Below, piece after piece: positions 15,477 through 24,577 of a stretch of 33,689 bases of DNA. The notes beneath the pieces are model-generated. The model did no database searches, had not been told where the DNA came from, and worked only from the letters and a program-made list of their open reading frames with translations. A program made the position numbers and the translations under genes. Within the stretch, counting starts at the first letter, position 1; each line of letters starts with the position of its first letter. Location: the IMG/VR virus record IMGVR_UViG_3300045988_054881; one strand, 5' to 3'. The DNA comes from a virus.

Positions 15477-15953
15477 TTATAATACCTCCTCTAATTCTGT
15501 TTGACCTACATACCAGTATAAATCATATACGCTTTTCTTTAATACCTTATCCGTCGGGCTGAACATCTTGTGTGACCACCCCTTGAATTGTCTCCCAATG
15601 ATAATTGCCAAGTCTTCACGGTTGGCGTTTGAATACCCGCACAGGGTGACAAATTCGGGGCCCCCGCCTCTTGAAACATACTTGAACTTCTTTCCGGCTT
15701 TTTCCGTGGCAAACTCTTCGTCAGTTACGGGTTGAAGTTGATTAATCGCCGCCCACCAAAGGTGTTCGCCTCTAGAACTACAAACGAACGTTATCGGTAT
15801 GTGGGTGTACTGTGCTCCCCACCCAAGCGAAAAGCCGCTAACCAATATTTCTACACCTCGTTTTTCCTCGCTGTAACCTACTAACTTCACAATCTCATTG
15901 TGGTACCGGAAAAACTTTCCTGCATTCTCTTCTGCGAATTTTTTAGTTTCCAT
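15477..15953 (-). CDS. Protein with two tandem copies of the novel small domain.
   Basis: Copy 1 is 'FAEENAGKFFRYHNEIVKLVGYSEEKRGVEILVSGFSLGW...LWWAAINQL'. Copy 2 is 'FATEKAGKKFKYVSRGGGPEFVTLCGYS...IIIGRQFKGW...LYWYVGQTEL'. I chose the ATG at 15953 ('METKKF') because the ORF-track start at 15995 lies inside the promoter -7 box. Confidence 0.6.
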   Translation of the reverse strand: METKKFAEENAGKFFRYHNEIVKLVGYSEEKRGVEILVSGFSLGWGAQYTHIPITFVCSSRGEHLWWAAINQLQPVTDEEFATEKAGKKFKYVSRGGGPEFVTLCGYSNANREDLAIIIGRQFKGWSHKMFSPTDKVLKKSVYDLYWYVGQTELEEVL

Positions 15954-15981
15954 ATTAATTACTGTTTTTAATTTGATACTG

Positions 15982-16035
15982 CAAATATAACTCATTTAGA
16001 GATACGTTGTTTCTTTTGTTAACGTTATTTAAGAA
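15982..16035 (-). promoter_or_regulatory. Phage promoter cassette copy 1 (drives the small-domain array).
   Basis: The minus strand reads CTTAAATAAC-GTTAAC-N8-CAACGTAT-N12-TATATTTG, followed by the leader 'CAAATTAAAAAC'. The cassette overlaps the SNF2 stop codon. Confidence 0.65.
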
Positions 16036-17416
16036 CTTTGTATTTCTCCATAAGTTCTTTGATACTTTGCATTAACCCGTCCTGCGTTTCCTTCTTTTCG
16101 GAAAGCGCTTTGATTATCTTCTCGTCTACCGTACCCTTGCTTACTATGTGATGGATATACACAGGCTTTGTTTGTCCCTGCCTATATAGGCGTGCATTAA
16201 ACTGCATGTACAACTCGAGGCTCCACGTGTTACCAAACCACACAAGTATGTTACCACCTTTTTGAAGGTTAAGACCGTGCCCGGCTGATGCTGGATGCGT
16301 TACAAGCACTTGTATCTTGCCATTGTTCCATTGGGCTATGTGCTCGGGCTTTTCCAACTTCACGGGCTTATAAGCTTTCAAGGCGTCCATGATCCTATCA
16401 AGGTCGTGAATGAAGGAATACGCCACGAGAACAGGGGCACCGTTTGCCGCCTCTACAATTTCCTGCAACTTCTCTAGCTTCTCGTCATGGATATGCTTGA
16501 CATTGCGGTCGGCATCATATATGGCACCGTTGGCATACTGTTGAAGCTTATTGCTTAACGCGGCTGCGGATGCTGCGGTTATCATTTCGTCGGAGCTGAT
16601 CAACTCTAAAACCTGTTCCCGTTCAAAGTCCAAGTAGTTATCATATACTTTGTCGGAAAGTTCTACAGTATCGAACAACATGATCTTATCCGGCATCTTT
16701 AAATAGTCTTCGGCGGTCATGGATATGGTTATATCACTTATAAGGTCACTGATCTGCTTTTCCGTCTCGTCTGCGGGCTGTTTGAGTGCATAGGTATAAA
16801 CTATATCACCGTTACGCTTATCTGGGCGGAAAAACCTATCTCTGTAGCCCGTAATTGTTTTGCCCAACCGTTCCCCTTCGTCAATCAAGTACATCTGTGC
16901 AAACAGATCAATAAGCCCGTTGGGCGATGGCGTTCCAGTCAGTCCTACCACACGAGGAATAAACTTCCGGACACGTTTCATTGCCCGGAACCTTTTAGAC
17001 GCATGGTTTTTAAAGCTTGATAGCTCGTCAATAACCACCATATCAAAAGGTAATTTTATACCGCCATATTCCGTGACTAACCAAACAATGTTATCCCGGC
17101 TGACCGCATAAATATCTGCCTTCTTTGCCATCGCTGCCCTTCGGTGTTTAACGTCTCCATCTATAACAGAAATGGTTAGGTCTTGCAGGTGCGCCCAGTT
17201 CTTTATCTCGTCAGTCCAAGTTACTTGTGTAACCTTCTTCGGAGCGACAACTAGAGCGTTCGTAATTATACAGGCATCCATAAGTTCTTTGATGGCTGTC
17301 AATGTCGTAACGGTCTTCCCTAGCCCCATGTCTAGGAATAAGGCACAGAATGGGTTGTCGATAATATGCTGAACACCTCTGTTCTGATAACTATGTAATT
17401 GGTTTCTTTGTAACAT
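16025..17416 (-). CDS. SNF2/Rad54-family helicase.
   Basis: Motif I 'DMGLGKT', motif II 'VVIDELS', motif III 'LTGTPSPN', and C-terminal 'GHGLNLQ' and 'NARLYRQGQ'. 463 aa. Confidence 0.9.
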   Translation of the reverse strand: MLQRNQLHSYQNRGVQHIIDNPFCALFLDMGLGKTVTTLTAIKELMDACIITNALVVAPKKVTQVTWTDEIKNWAHLQDLTISVIDGDVKHRRAAMAKKADIYAVSRDNIVWLVTEYGGIKLPFDMVVIDELSSFKNHASKRFRAMKRVRKFIPRVVGLTGTPSPNGLIDLFAQMYLIDEGERLGKTITGYRDRFFRPDKRNGDIVYTYALKQPADETEKQISDLISDITISMTAEDYLKMPDKIMLFDTVELSDKVYDNYLDFEREQVLELISSDEMITAASAAALSNKLQQYANGAIYDADRNVKHIHDEKLEKLQEIVEAANGAPVLVAYSFIHDLDRIMDALKAYKPVKLEKPEHIAQWNNGKIQVLVTHPASAGHGLNLQKGGNILVWFGNTWSLELYMQFNARLYRQGQTKPVYIHHIVSKGTVDEKIIKALSEKKETQDGLMQSIKELMEKYKVLK

Positions 17417-17419
17417 TGA

Positions 17420-17614
17420 TTAGTCTTCGCTTAATGCGTCATCTATCACGCGAAGTAATTTCAATAACTCTATCCGGGTTTGCAGCACATCCATTACAGG
17501 AGCGTTACGTATAGATGTTATATTATTTTTATACCCGGTAACTCCGTTAACCTTAACCTGCGAGTAGCCTCTTTGAGAGGCAACTTCCACAAACAGATAA
17601 CTTGTCTTACTCAT
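17420..17614 (-). CDS. Hypothetical small protein.
   Basis: 64 aa. Its ATG overlaps the upstream stop codon (ATGA). Confidence 0.4.
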   Translation of the reverse strand: MSKTSYLFVEVASQRGYSQVKVNGVTGYKNNITSIRNAPVMDVLQTRIELLKLLRVIDDALSED

Positions 17615-17865
17615 AGCTTCATAAGTTTATCTTTGTACATGATAACCAAGTCTTTGAAATCTTGGCTTTCACTCGTACCGATGTTCAGTTCTTTTCTTAA
17701 CAGGTATCGAATGTCCCGTGATATGTCACGTTCCAAGTCTCTCATGATCTGGTCTTGGTTCCCGTACTTCTCGTCACGGACGTACAAAGCACCGGAACGC
17801 AATCCGAAATACATACCTAGCCTATACTCGATTTCTTCTCTCAGTGATTTCTTTTTAGCTTTCAT
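17611..17865 (-). CDS. Hypothetical small protein.
   Basis: 84 aa with an ATG start. It is preceded by the -7 box TATCTTTG (17892-17899, inside the end of the VRR-NUC gene) and the leader 'ACAATTAAAAACAG'. Confidence 0.45.
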   Translation of the reverse strand: MKAKKKSLREEIEYRLGMYFGLRSGALYVRDEKYGNQDQIMRDLERDISRDIRYLLRKELNIGTSESQDFKDLVIMYKDKLMKL

Positions 17866-17889
17866 ACTGATTACTGTTTTTAATTGTTT

Positions 17890-18228
17890 CTACAAAGATA
17901 GCCCACGCCCTTGCAAGTTGGTATTATCCTTAACTTTATTTAAGAAAAATCTTATTGCCTTGTCCCGGCTTTCTATGTCATCAATAACGACTACAGTAAA
18001 GCCTAGCTGCCTTAACTTGTCATGGATAACCGTCTGAATCTTGGTAGGCTTCTTTCCTGTAGTCTTTATCTCAGCGAAGCCTACAAAGCCGCCACGGCAC
18101 AAGATAAGACGGTCGGGAAGACCTTTCACGAACGTGGATAACAGTTTGATCACCCATACATTTTTTGTCTGATTAAGGTAGGCACTGAACGTTTTTTCCA
18201 GTGCCTTTTCTCCTACTACCTCTCTCAT
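17890..18228 (-). CDS. VRR-NUC domain nuclease.
   Basis: 'GLPDRLILCRGGFVGFAEIKTTGKKPTKIQ' matches the VRR-NUC pattern (PD...E.K...Q). 112 aa. Confidence 0.75.
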   Translation of the reverse strand: MREVVGEKALEKTFSAYLNQTKNVWVIKLLSTFVKGLPDRLILCRGGFVGFAEIKTTGKKPTKIQTVIHDKLRQLGFTVVVIDDIESRDKAIRFFLNKVKDNTNLQGRGLSL

Positions 18229-19034
18229 TTGAGCGAATCAAATTTTACCTGCTGTACAGCTTCGTTATGAATCTTTGACATGGAAAATGTTTCCTTGTAG
18301 CGACCGTTTCCAAGCATCTCAATATACTTGTAACCAGTTACATATTTGCCCTTTTCTAGGAATTCGCGTAATCCCATAAACCTATAAAGTCTACAGTGGG
18401 ATATGATGTATTCGCCCTTTTCGTAACTTTTACTGTGGCCACCAAGTTTTAAGGTTTTCTCTAGACTACCCGCATGGTGTCTAAACCCATCACCCAATAT
18501 AGTTAGACCTAGCCTAAATGTGTATTCCGGGAAGCCTTCATATCTTGTAAAAGTCCAACTTCCGGGCGTGCTAGCTAATCTCAGATATACGTTAGCACCG
18601 TCATCGCACCCTAGGTAAGCGTACCAAGTTCCACAGCTTGCGAACACGCCATAAACTCCATATTTCACACTTTCACAATGCAGGTATGCTACCATTGGGG
18701 GCTTGCTCCGTTCGCATTGCACATATACAGTGAACTCGTCCTCTTCGGAAACAGCCCCAGTGTCAATGGGAGGTTTTCTGTATTCAAGCACAGGCTCTTT
18801 TTTAGCGGTAGTCTCTTCGGCTAGCTGTCTGATCCGTTCTCTACAGGTGTGGATAATCTTTTGATAATCCAAACTGCGTTCCTCACCTTCTTTGGTTCTC
18901 AGCACACGTTTCACGATATCGGCATCCCACGGGTTAAGATTATATTCTTTCCAGATATCCCACGGCTGGATTTTATGCTGTGCATAGTCCGACTTTCCGA
19001 TGTTGTAATCTCTAGTTTCATTCGATTGTTTCAT
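18225..19034 (-). CDS. Protein with a DUF3310-like N-terminal domain and an unknown ~170-aa C-terminal domain.
   Basis: The N-terminus 'YAQHKIQPWDIWKEYNLNPWDADIVKRVLRTKEGEERSLDYQKIIHTCRERI' fits the remembered DUF3310 pattern. The C-terminal part is rich in W/Y/G with no recognised motif. Confidence 0.5.
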   Translation of the reverse strand: MKQSNETRDYNIGKSDYAQHKIQPWDIWKEYNLNPWDADIVKRVLRTKEGEERSLDYQKIIHTCRERIRQLAEETTAKKEPVLEYRKPPIDTGAVSEEDEFTVYVQCERSKPPMVAYLHCESVKYGVYGVFASCGTWYAYLGCDDGANVYLRLASTPGSWTFTRYEGFPEYTFRLGLTILGDGFRHHAGSLEKTLKLGGHSKSYEKGEYIISHCRLYRFMGLREFLEKGKYVTGYKYIEMLGNGRYKETFSMSKIHNEAVQQVKFDSLK

Positions 19035-19181
19035 AGTCTAATAATATTGGTTCGACATACATTCTTTGATAATACTTCCTAGCCGCTTCTACGGTCTTAA
19101 AATTCTCCTTTGTTATGGTGCAATTGGAAAAAACATTTCTTCCCAATCCGGCTATTCTTCTTCGCACCCTCAGTATTCGTA

Positions 19182-19382
19182 TCATTCGGTTACGTTTATG
19201 TATTTGAATAAATGATCAGCGGACGCGGGCGACAGTTGACGGGTGAACGTCTGTCCTAACATCCCTATGAACGGTCTGTTATCCGCAAAGAAAAAGCGGC
19301 TGATATGTTCCACGTTGGTTAATTCACATTGAATTTCACCCTTAACGATAAATTCCAATTCTACAAAATTTCCTGCTTTCAT
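19182..19382 (-). CDS. Hypothetical small protein.
   Basis: 66 aa with an ATG start, 21 nt downstream of the lipoprotein gene. Confidence 0.35.
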   Translation of the reverse strand: MKAGNFVELEFIVKGEIQCELTNVEHISRFFFADNRPFIGMLGQTFTRQLSPASADHLFKYINVTE

Positions 19383-19403
19383 AATTTAAAAAATTAAAAT
19401 GGT

Positions 19404-19799
19404 TTATAATTCTAATAACGTTTCAAATATCAAGTATCTAGGTTCCGGGTTATTTTCTCTAGTCCAGTAAAACCTAATTTTTTTCTTACTCTCTACCACT
19501 ACAAGTATATCGGAGTTGAATCTAAACACGTCCATATCCGGGAAATCTTTATATAACACTGGGCAGAATATCCTAGCTCCCGAATCTTCTATTAGCGCAT
19601 AGAACTCATTAGCGCCTACAATCCGATAGAAAATGCCTACCGTTCCGTTTATGGGACACGGTTCGCCTGTTATATCCGAATATATTTCGGGGAATTGTGC
19701 AAACTTTAGTGTAGTCTGAAAAGTGATTTCATACTCTTCGTCTTTGGAGCATCCTGTAAGTCCTGCAAGGACTACTAATAAAAATAATAACTTTCTCAT
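19404..19799 (-). CDS. Phage-encoded lipoprotein, predicted to be surface-exposed.
   Basis: Signal peptide 'MRKLLFLLVVLAGLTGC' with lipobox LTGC. The residues after the Cys, 'SKDEE', match the Bacteroidota lipoprotein export signal (K-(D/E)2). 131 aa. Confidence 0.7.
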   Translation of the reverse strand: MRKLLFLLVVLAGLTGCSKDEEYEITFQTTLKFAQFPEIYSDITGEPCPINGTVGIFYRIVGANEFYALIEDSGARIFCPVLYKDFPDMDVFRFNSDILVVVESKKKIRFYWTRENNPEPRYLIFETLLEL

Positions 19800-19926
19800 A
19801 ACTTAAATTTTAATAGTTTATAAAAAGAAGCCCGGTTATAAAATCCCTTTCACTTTTTTATATTTCCCTTTCGGGTTTCCTGTTTGCGGTTTCGGTGGCA
19901 AACAACCTTGCTTCGTTTTGGTATTG

Positions 19927-19980
19927 CAAATATAAGGGTTATTCTGATACGTTGTATATTTCGTTAACACTATTTAAGAA
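19927..19980 (-). promoter_or_regulatory. Phage promoter cassette copy (drives the lipoprotein gene), followed by a ~125-nt leader.
   Basis: The minus strand reads CTTAAATAGT-GTTAAC-N8-CAACGTAT-N12-TATATTTG. Confidence 0.65.
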
Positions 19981-20014
19981 TAAACCCTTATATTGCTTTT
20001 CTGTTAACAAGTCG

Positions 20015-22450
20015 TTAACTTTTAGCCTTTCGTACATACCCTCTTTGTTGTCCGTGAGCCTTGCAACGTCTTACACCCCTTTCCCATCCCGGCATACGGT
20101 TAAGCACGCCTGTTATGTCTGCGGCATCGGTACGTTTGATCTTTCCTATCTCGAGATCCAGTGCCTCAACTAAAACAGCGGGAGCGCTTACAAAGTCCAT
20201 GAGCATACACTTTTCCTTGTCTACCTCGTCTTCGTCATAATTGGCATAGTACATTTTCCGTTCCAGTTGGTTCATTTTATCCCAACACAAAGGTACATAC
20301 ATATCCACGTATTTCTGAATGGCAGATGTTCGCGGATCAGCTTCATAGTGTTCTTCCCTTCCGGCCTCAGCAATCATTTCAGCTTCCGGGCTTAATAACG
20401 TGCTGACCTTCCGATAGTACATCTGCACTGCTTCCGCCCAAAGTTGATCTATGTAATCGTCGAAAGCGGGCTCAAAGATAAGATGTGTGTTCGGGTTAAC
20501 CTTACATCTCACCGGAAGGAAACGCCTGCCGCCTGTTGCGTCTTTCAGAAACTCGTCCTTATTAGTTGTGCCTATGAAAACACACTGCCGCGGAAAGTTC
20601 TTTGTAACACGTCCGTAGGCAGGTCTGAAACTGTCCTCTGTCTTCGTTATGAAGTTTTTCACTAGCTCTACCTCAGCTTTTTTCATGGCTGATAGTTCGC
20701 CTACTTCAATAATCCAACTTCCCTGTAGCTGTTCAAAAGCCCGTGTTCCTTCCATTGAAATTAAACTGTCGGAAAACCAATTCTTGCCTAGCTTTTTGCA
20801 CAGTGTACTTTTTCCGGTGCCTTGATCAGCCACCATAACGAGCATACTGTCGAACTTGCATCCCTTCTGAAAGATACGCTTAACGGCACCTACAAGCATT
20901 ATCCGAAAAGCTTCCCGGGTATATATATTGTCCTCGGCACCCATTATATCAATAAGCACTGTATCTACGCGCGGCACTCCATCCCACACAAGGCCCGTTA
21001 GGTAACTTTGCACAGGGTGGAACGAGTTATGTTCAGCCGACAACGCAATGGCATCATCTATCTTTGCACTACTGTTTATCCCGTACATGTCTTCAATATG
21101 TTTGCGGACACCGGAAAAGTCAACGTCTTGAAAGTCGCTAGTGTTATCTTTCGGGCGCCAGATAGGAACACGTGTTACAACGCGTCTTTCCTTAAACAAG
21201 TCTCTAGCTATCAAACCTTTTAAGGCGGGATCATGCTGCATTATCAACCCTAGGTTCTTTGCGCTAGGCAGATAAGCACCTCGTTTATCGGTTTCTAGCC
21301 CGGCCATTGCATCCGTGTACTCTTCTGTTATGGCTTCCACGTCCGTTACTTCCGGCACTTCGTCGCTATATAGCTCCTCGAAATCGTCCACAATTGCAGC
21401 CGCTTTTGCCGTTAACCGGGTGGCCCTTGCTGCTGCTACCTTCTCATCCTTGTTAACTAGTTCAGACATGGCACCCATTGAAGGGCGCTTGTCCTGTCCC
21501 TTATCCATCTTTCCGAACAGGTGAACACGAACTAGGTCGAAAGCGTTGAATACATGGTTTCCTTGTATGGGATCATTGTTATGGAATGAATAAGCAAACA
21601 TATCGTCAAACGTCAGCATGCCACCGGACGTTGATCCGCCTGTGTAAGTCCATCGGTCTTCTTTATCTGTCGGCTCGTACACTTTCGGAAGATACTTTTC
21701 TATCGCTTCCGATATGGTGTACGCCCGGCAGAAATCGCCTACAATACCATCTTTCAGTGTAGGGTTCTGCTGTTCCTTCACTAGGTTGCGTGCTTCTCCT
21801 TTTTCGTCCTTGTGGTACGCCCATTCGGTTACATCGCGCCAATTCTCGTAATACCCCAGATACTTTTGAACGTCTAGTGTTTCCTCGTTCAGTTGGGAAA
21901 AGTCCACGAAATCAAAGTCTACATCTCGGGACACGGACGGGTAGAACATACAGCGTTCGGGTTGGAACGTGGTACGGTCGTACAAGTCAATACCTGTTAA
22001 CTCGGCTACTTTACGGGCAATCGCCTCATATTGTTCGCTGTCTACAGGCTCAGACAAGGGAATGATAACCCGATAACGGTAAACGTTCGCTTTCGGGTTA
22101 TGCTTGTGCGTGCCATGAATAATGCAGGCGCAATTAATAATGCCGTAAAACTTATCCGGGAAATCAGACTCTCCGAAATCTATGTCAAGAGCCAATAACG
22201 AGCGCTCACCGACGTTGTTCTTATTCCGCCTGTTACCGAATAGTTCGCCACCCATGAAGGCGCCAACGTCCTTAATGTTTCCCTGTTCGGTTTTGCTCGC
22301 ACTAATAAATTCACGATAGGTTTCCTCTGTAACTTTCGCCGACGTGAACTTTTCCACCAACTGCGCCCATGTAAATGACTTGTTTTTCCAAGCCGTTGAC
22401 TTCGCGTTGGTGGCGGTGGCAATCTTAAAAACCATTTTAGATAGTTCCAT
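20015..22450 (-). CDS. Primase-helicase (N-terminal primase-like domain plus a VirE/D5-type P-loop helicase).
   Basis: 'LALDIDFGE' provides an acidic catalytic-type motif. Walker A is 'ADQGTGKST'. 'ATGGRRFLPV' is the VirE-family signature. 811 aa. Confidence 0.8.
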   Translation of the reverse strand: MELSKMVFKIATATNAKSTAWKNKSFTWAQLVEKFTSAKVTEETYREFISASKTEQGNIKDVGAFMGGELFGNRRNKNNVGERSLLALDIDFGESDFPDKFYGIINCACIIHGTHKHNPKANVYRYRVIIPLSEPVDSEQYEAIARKVAELTGIDLYDRTTFQPERCMFYPSVSRDVDFDFVDFSQLNEETLDVQKYLGYYENWRDVTEWAYHKDEKGEARNLVKEQQNPTLKDGIVGDFCRAYTISEAIEKYLPKVYEPTDKEDRWTYTGGSTSGGMLTFDDMFAYSFHNNDPIQGNHVFNAFDLVRVHLFGKMDKGQDKRPSMGAMSELVNKDEKVAAARATRLTAKAAAIVDDFEELYSDEVPEVTDVEAITEEYTDAMAGLETDKRGAYLPSAKNLGLIMQHDPALKGLIARDLFKERRVVTRVPIWRPKDNTSDFQDVDFSGVRKHIEDMYGINSSAKIDDAIALSAEHNSFHPVQSYLTGLVWDGVPRVDTVLIDIMGAEDNIYTREAFRIMLVGAVKRIFQKGCKFDSMLVMVADQGTGKSTLCKKLGKNWFSDSLISMEGTRAFEQLQGSWIIEVGELSAMKKAEVELVKNFITKTEDSFRPAYGRVTKNFPRQCVFIGTTNKDEFLKDATGGRRFLPVRCKVNPNTHLIFEPAFDDYIDQLWAEAVQMYYRKVSTLLSPEAEMIAEAGREEHYEADPRTSAIQKYVDMYVPLCWDKMNQLERKMYYANYDEDEVDKEKCMLMDFVSAPAVLVEALDLEIGKIKRTDAADITGVLNRMPGWERGVRRCKAHGQQRGYVRKAKS

Positions 22451-22451
22451 A

Positions 22452-24470
22452 TTAATCTTTTTTATAGTACTCTGTTATATATCCTGCGGCCCTTAGTGGT
22501 ATATTCCTAGCCCAATCGGGAGCGGAACACATTGCATCAATCATATTCTGCAATACGGCATCCTCGTTACCGTCTTTGGGTATTTCTGCGGCTATCTCGT
22601 CATGAACATGCAAAACTATATTGTAGCCTAGATCAAACACTTTAAAGATAGCGTTCGCTAGTAAATCCCTAGATATGGCCTGTACAACGTTCTCCGTCAA
22701 TTTCCCGCCATAAGTATGTAACTTAACCCACTTTCCGGTAGTCTGATCCTGTCCCATATAGGATATATCCTGTACGTCAAAATCACCGTTAGCACCTTTT
22801 ATTGCCCTGCTACCTAAACGGGCGGACGGGTAGAACAGCTTCCTACCGGATGGCAATTCTATCGTCATTGCACCGCTCTCATATCTGAAAACCAAACGGG
22901 CAAACTCGTCTATTATGAAAACTTGATCCTGCCTAGTACTTATACACTTTTTAGCGGCCGCCTCTAATTTTTTCCACAAAGATACGATTTTTCCGTTAGC
23001 TTCCCGCCATTTTAACAAGATTTCGGGTTTTTCCTCGTCCGATAACGCTTTCTCTGAGTCCATAGTAGTTAGCGCATTTACGCCACCTCCATAACCTAAT
23101 GCAAGTTCAGCAACCTTTCCGCGTTGGCGAAGCTCGTCCCCTTTGTGAACAGGGACACCGAACATCTTTGAGGCGGATGCACAATAAATATCGGCTTTAG
23201 GGTTTTTGAACAATTCCAACCGCCAATCCTCATTCGCTACCCATGCAATAACTCGAGCCTCGATAGCTGAAAAGTCTGCCACGGAAAAGGTATATCCTTC
23301 CGGTGCTATGAAGGCAGTGCGGATAAGTTGCGATAAGATGTGCGTCGGCTTATCGTATATCATAGACATTAGGTCTAGATCATGCAATTTAGCAAGGTTT
23401 CTAGCTTCGTCCAACTCATCTATATGATTCTGCGGAAGGTTCTGCAACTGGACTAGGCGCCCAGCCCAACGGCCGGTACGGTTCGCTCCGTAATAGCGAA
23501 AAAGTCCTCGTATTCGGTCGCCATTTCCCGCGCTTGCAAGTATGGCGGTGTATTTTGCATTAGAGGTTTTTCCTACTTCGCGTCTTAAATCTATCACATC
23601 TAACACTGCGTCTTTATCCTCGTCAGATACGCCCTTTGCGCCTCGTATTTGGGCTATCACGTCATTAATGGTACTCTTATTCAAAGAATCTATAATAATG
23701 CCTGTACGGTCTTTAATGAATCTTTTCAACTGAGGCATTGACTTTAACGAAGCGATACCATACTTTTCTAGTGCGGTGTTAGTTAGTCTGATCTTATATT
23801 CTTTGTCCATATCCTGCGCTGCCTCAGCCAACTGCAAGTCAGCTTTGATACCGTAATCATTGATACGCTGATCAGCCGCATAGATTTTCTTTTCCATCTC
23901 GGGAAATTCAAACCGGGACAGCTTGTAGAATATTTCCTTTTCTGACAGAACGTCATATTTCAGATAATCTTTAAACTCTTCCCACGCCTCGAAATCGTGG
24001 TGAGGAAAGTTTCGGGTTCTCATACCGTTCGTTTTTGTGGGTTTGCAGGGAACGGAAAAGTAACGTATTAGATTTTTTCCGGTGTCTAGCTTTTTATCTG
24101 TGAGGTCTAGTATCTGAGAAACGGCATCCAATGAAGGCGGGAGCCCACAATACAAAGCCATATTGGCAGTACACAAGAAACGCATAGGATCAATGTAATA
24201 TCCGTATTCCTTCAAACAGACGCGTTCAAACGTTGCGTTATGTGCCACAATAATTATATCCGGATCGTCTTCCACTTTTGAAAACAAGGCCTCAAAAGCT
24301 TCCGCACCGCCATGTTTGGATAAGTCGATTATATGAACGTCCGTTTCGTTATCGAAAGAATACCCGCAAAGAAGTATCTCAAACGTGCTATCTTCGCAGT
24401 ACTTGTAATTCCCTGCGGTCTTTATGTCCGTCTCGGAATACGTTTCAAAGTCAATAAATAAATACCTCAT
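22452..24470 (-). CDS. Family A DNA polymerase with a 3'-5' exonuclease domain.
   Basis: Exo I 'IDFETYS', Exo II 'HNATFERV', Exo III 'YLKYDV'. Pol motif A 'ADFSAIEARVIAW', motif B 'RQRGKVAELALGYGGG', motif C 'HVHDEI'. Confidence 0.92.
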   Translation of the reverse strand: MRYLFIDFETYSETDIKTAGNYKYCEDSTFEILLCGYSFDNETDVHIIDLSKHGGAEAFEALFSKVEDDPDIIIVAHNATFERVCLKEYGYYIDPMRFLCTANMALYCGLPPSLDAVSQILDLTDKKLDTGKNLIRYFSVPCKPTKTNGMRTRNFPHHDFEAWEEFKDYLKYDVLSEKEIFYKLSRFEFPEMEKKIYAADQRINDYGIKADLQLAEAAQDMDKEYKIRLTNTALEKYGIASLKSMPQLKRFIKDRTGIIIDSLNKSTINDVIAQIRGAKGVSDEDKDAVLDVIDLRREVGKTSNAKYTAILASAGNGDRIRGLFRYYGANRTGRWAGRLVQLQNLPQNHIDELDEARNLAKLHDLDLMSMIYDKPTHILSQLIRTAFIAPEGYTFSVADFSAIEARVIAWVANEDWRLELFKNPKADIYCASASKMFGVPVHKGDELRQRGKVAELALGYGGGVNALTTMDSEKALSDEEKPEILLKWREANGKIVSLWKKLEAAAKKCISTRQDQVFIIDEFARLVFRYESGAMTIELPSGRKLFYPSARLGSRAIKGANGDFDVQDISYMGQDQTTGKWVKLHTYGGKLTENVVQAISRDLLANAIFKVFDLGYNIVLHVHDEIAAEIPKDGNEDAVLQNMIDAMCSAPDWARNIPLRAAGYITEYYKKD

Positions 24471-24498
24471 TCTTATTACATTTTTAAAATTATACCCG

Positions 24499-24532
24499 CA
24501 AAGATAATATAACTTTTTGTATATAACGCAAA
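24499..24532 (-). promoter_or_regulatory. Canonical Bacteroidota promoter for the polymerase/primase genes.
   Basis: On the minus strand, TTTG (24532-24529), then 22 nt, then TATCTTTG (24506-24499). Confidence 0.6.
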
Positions 24533-24571
24533 AAGGGCGCCTATTTGCATTTTATTAACAAATAGGCGCCC
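24530..24571 (-). terminator. Strong Rho-independent terminator after the phosphoesterase gene.
   Basis: A 13-bp perfect stem, 'gggcgcctatttg' (24535-47) pairing with 'caaataggcgccc' (24559-71), encloses an 11-nt loop. On the minus strand it is followed by TTTTT. Confidence 0.8.
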
Positions 24572-24577
24572 GCTAAA

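Noticed and set aside
22180-22422. Nested minus-strand ORFs in alternative frames (22180-22422, 7732-7932, 31515-31718, 31872-32054).
   Set aside because: They are completely embedded in longer motif-bearing genes on the same strand. Nothing indicates an independent start or any conservation.
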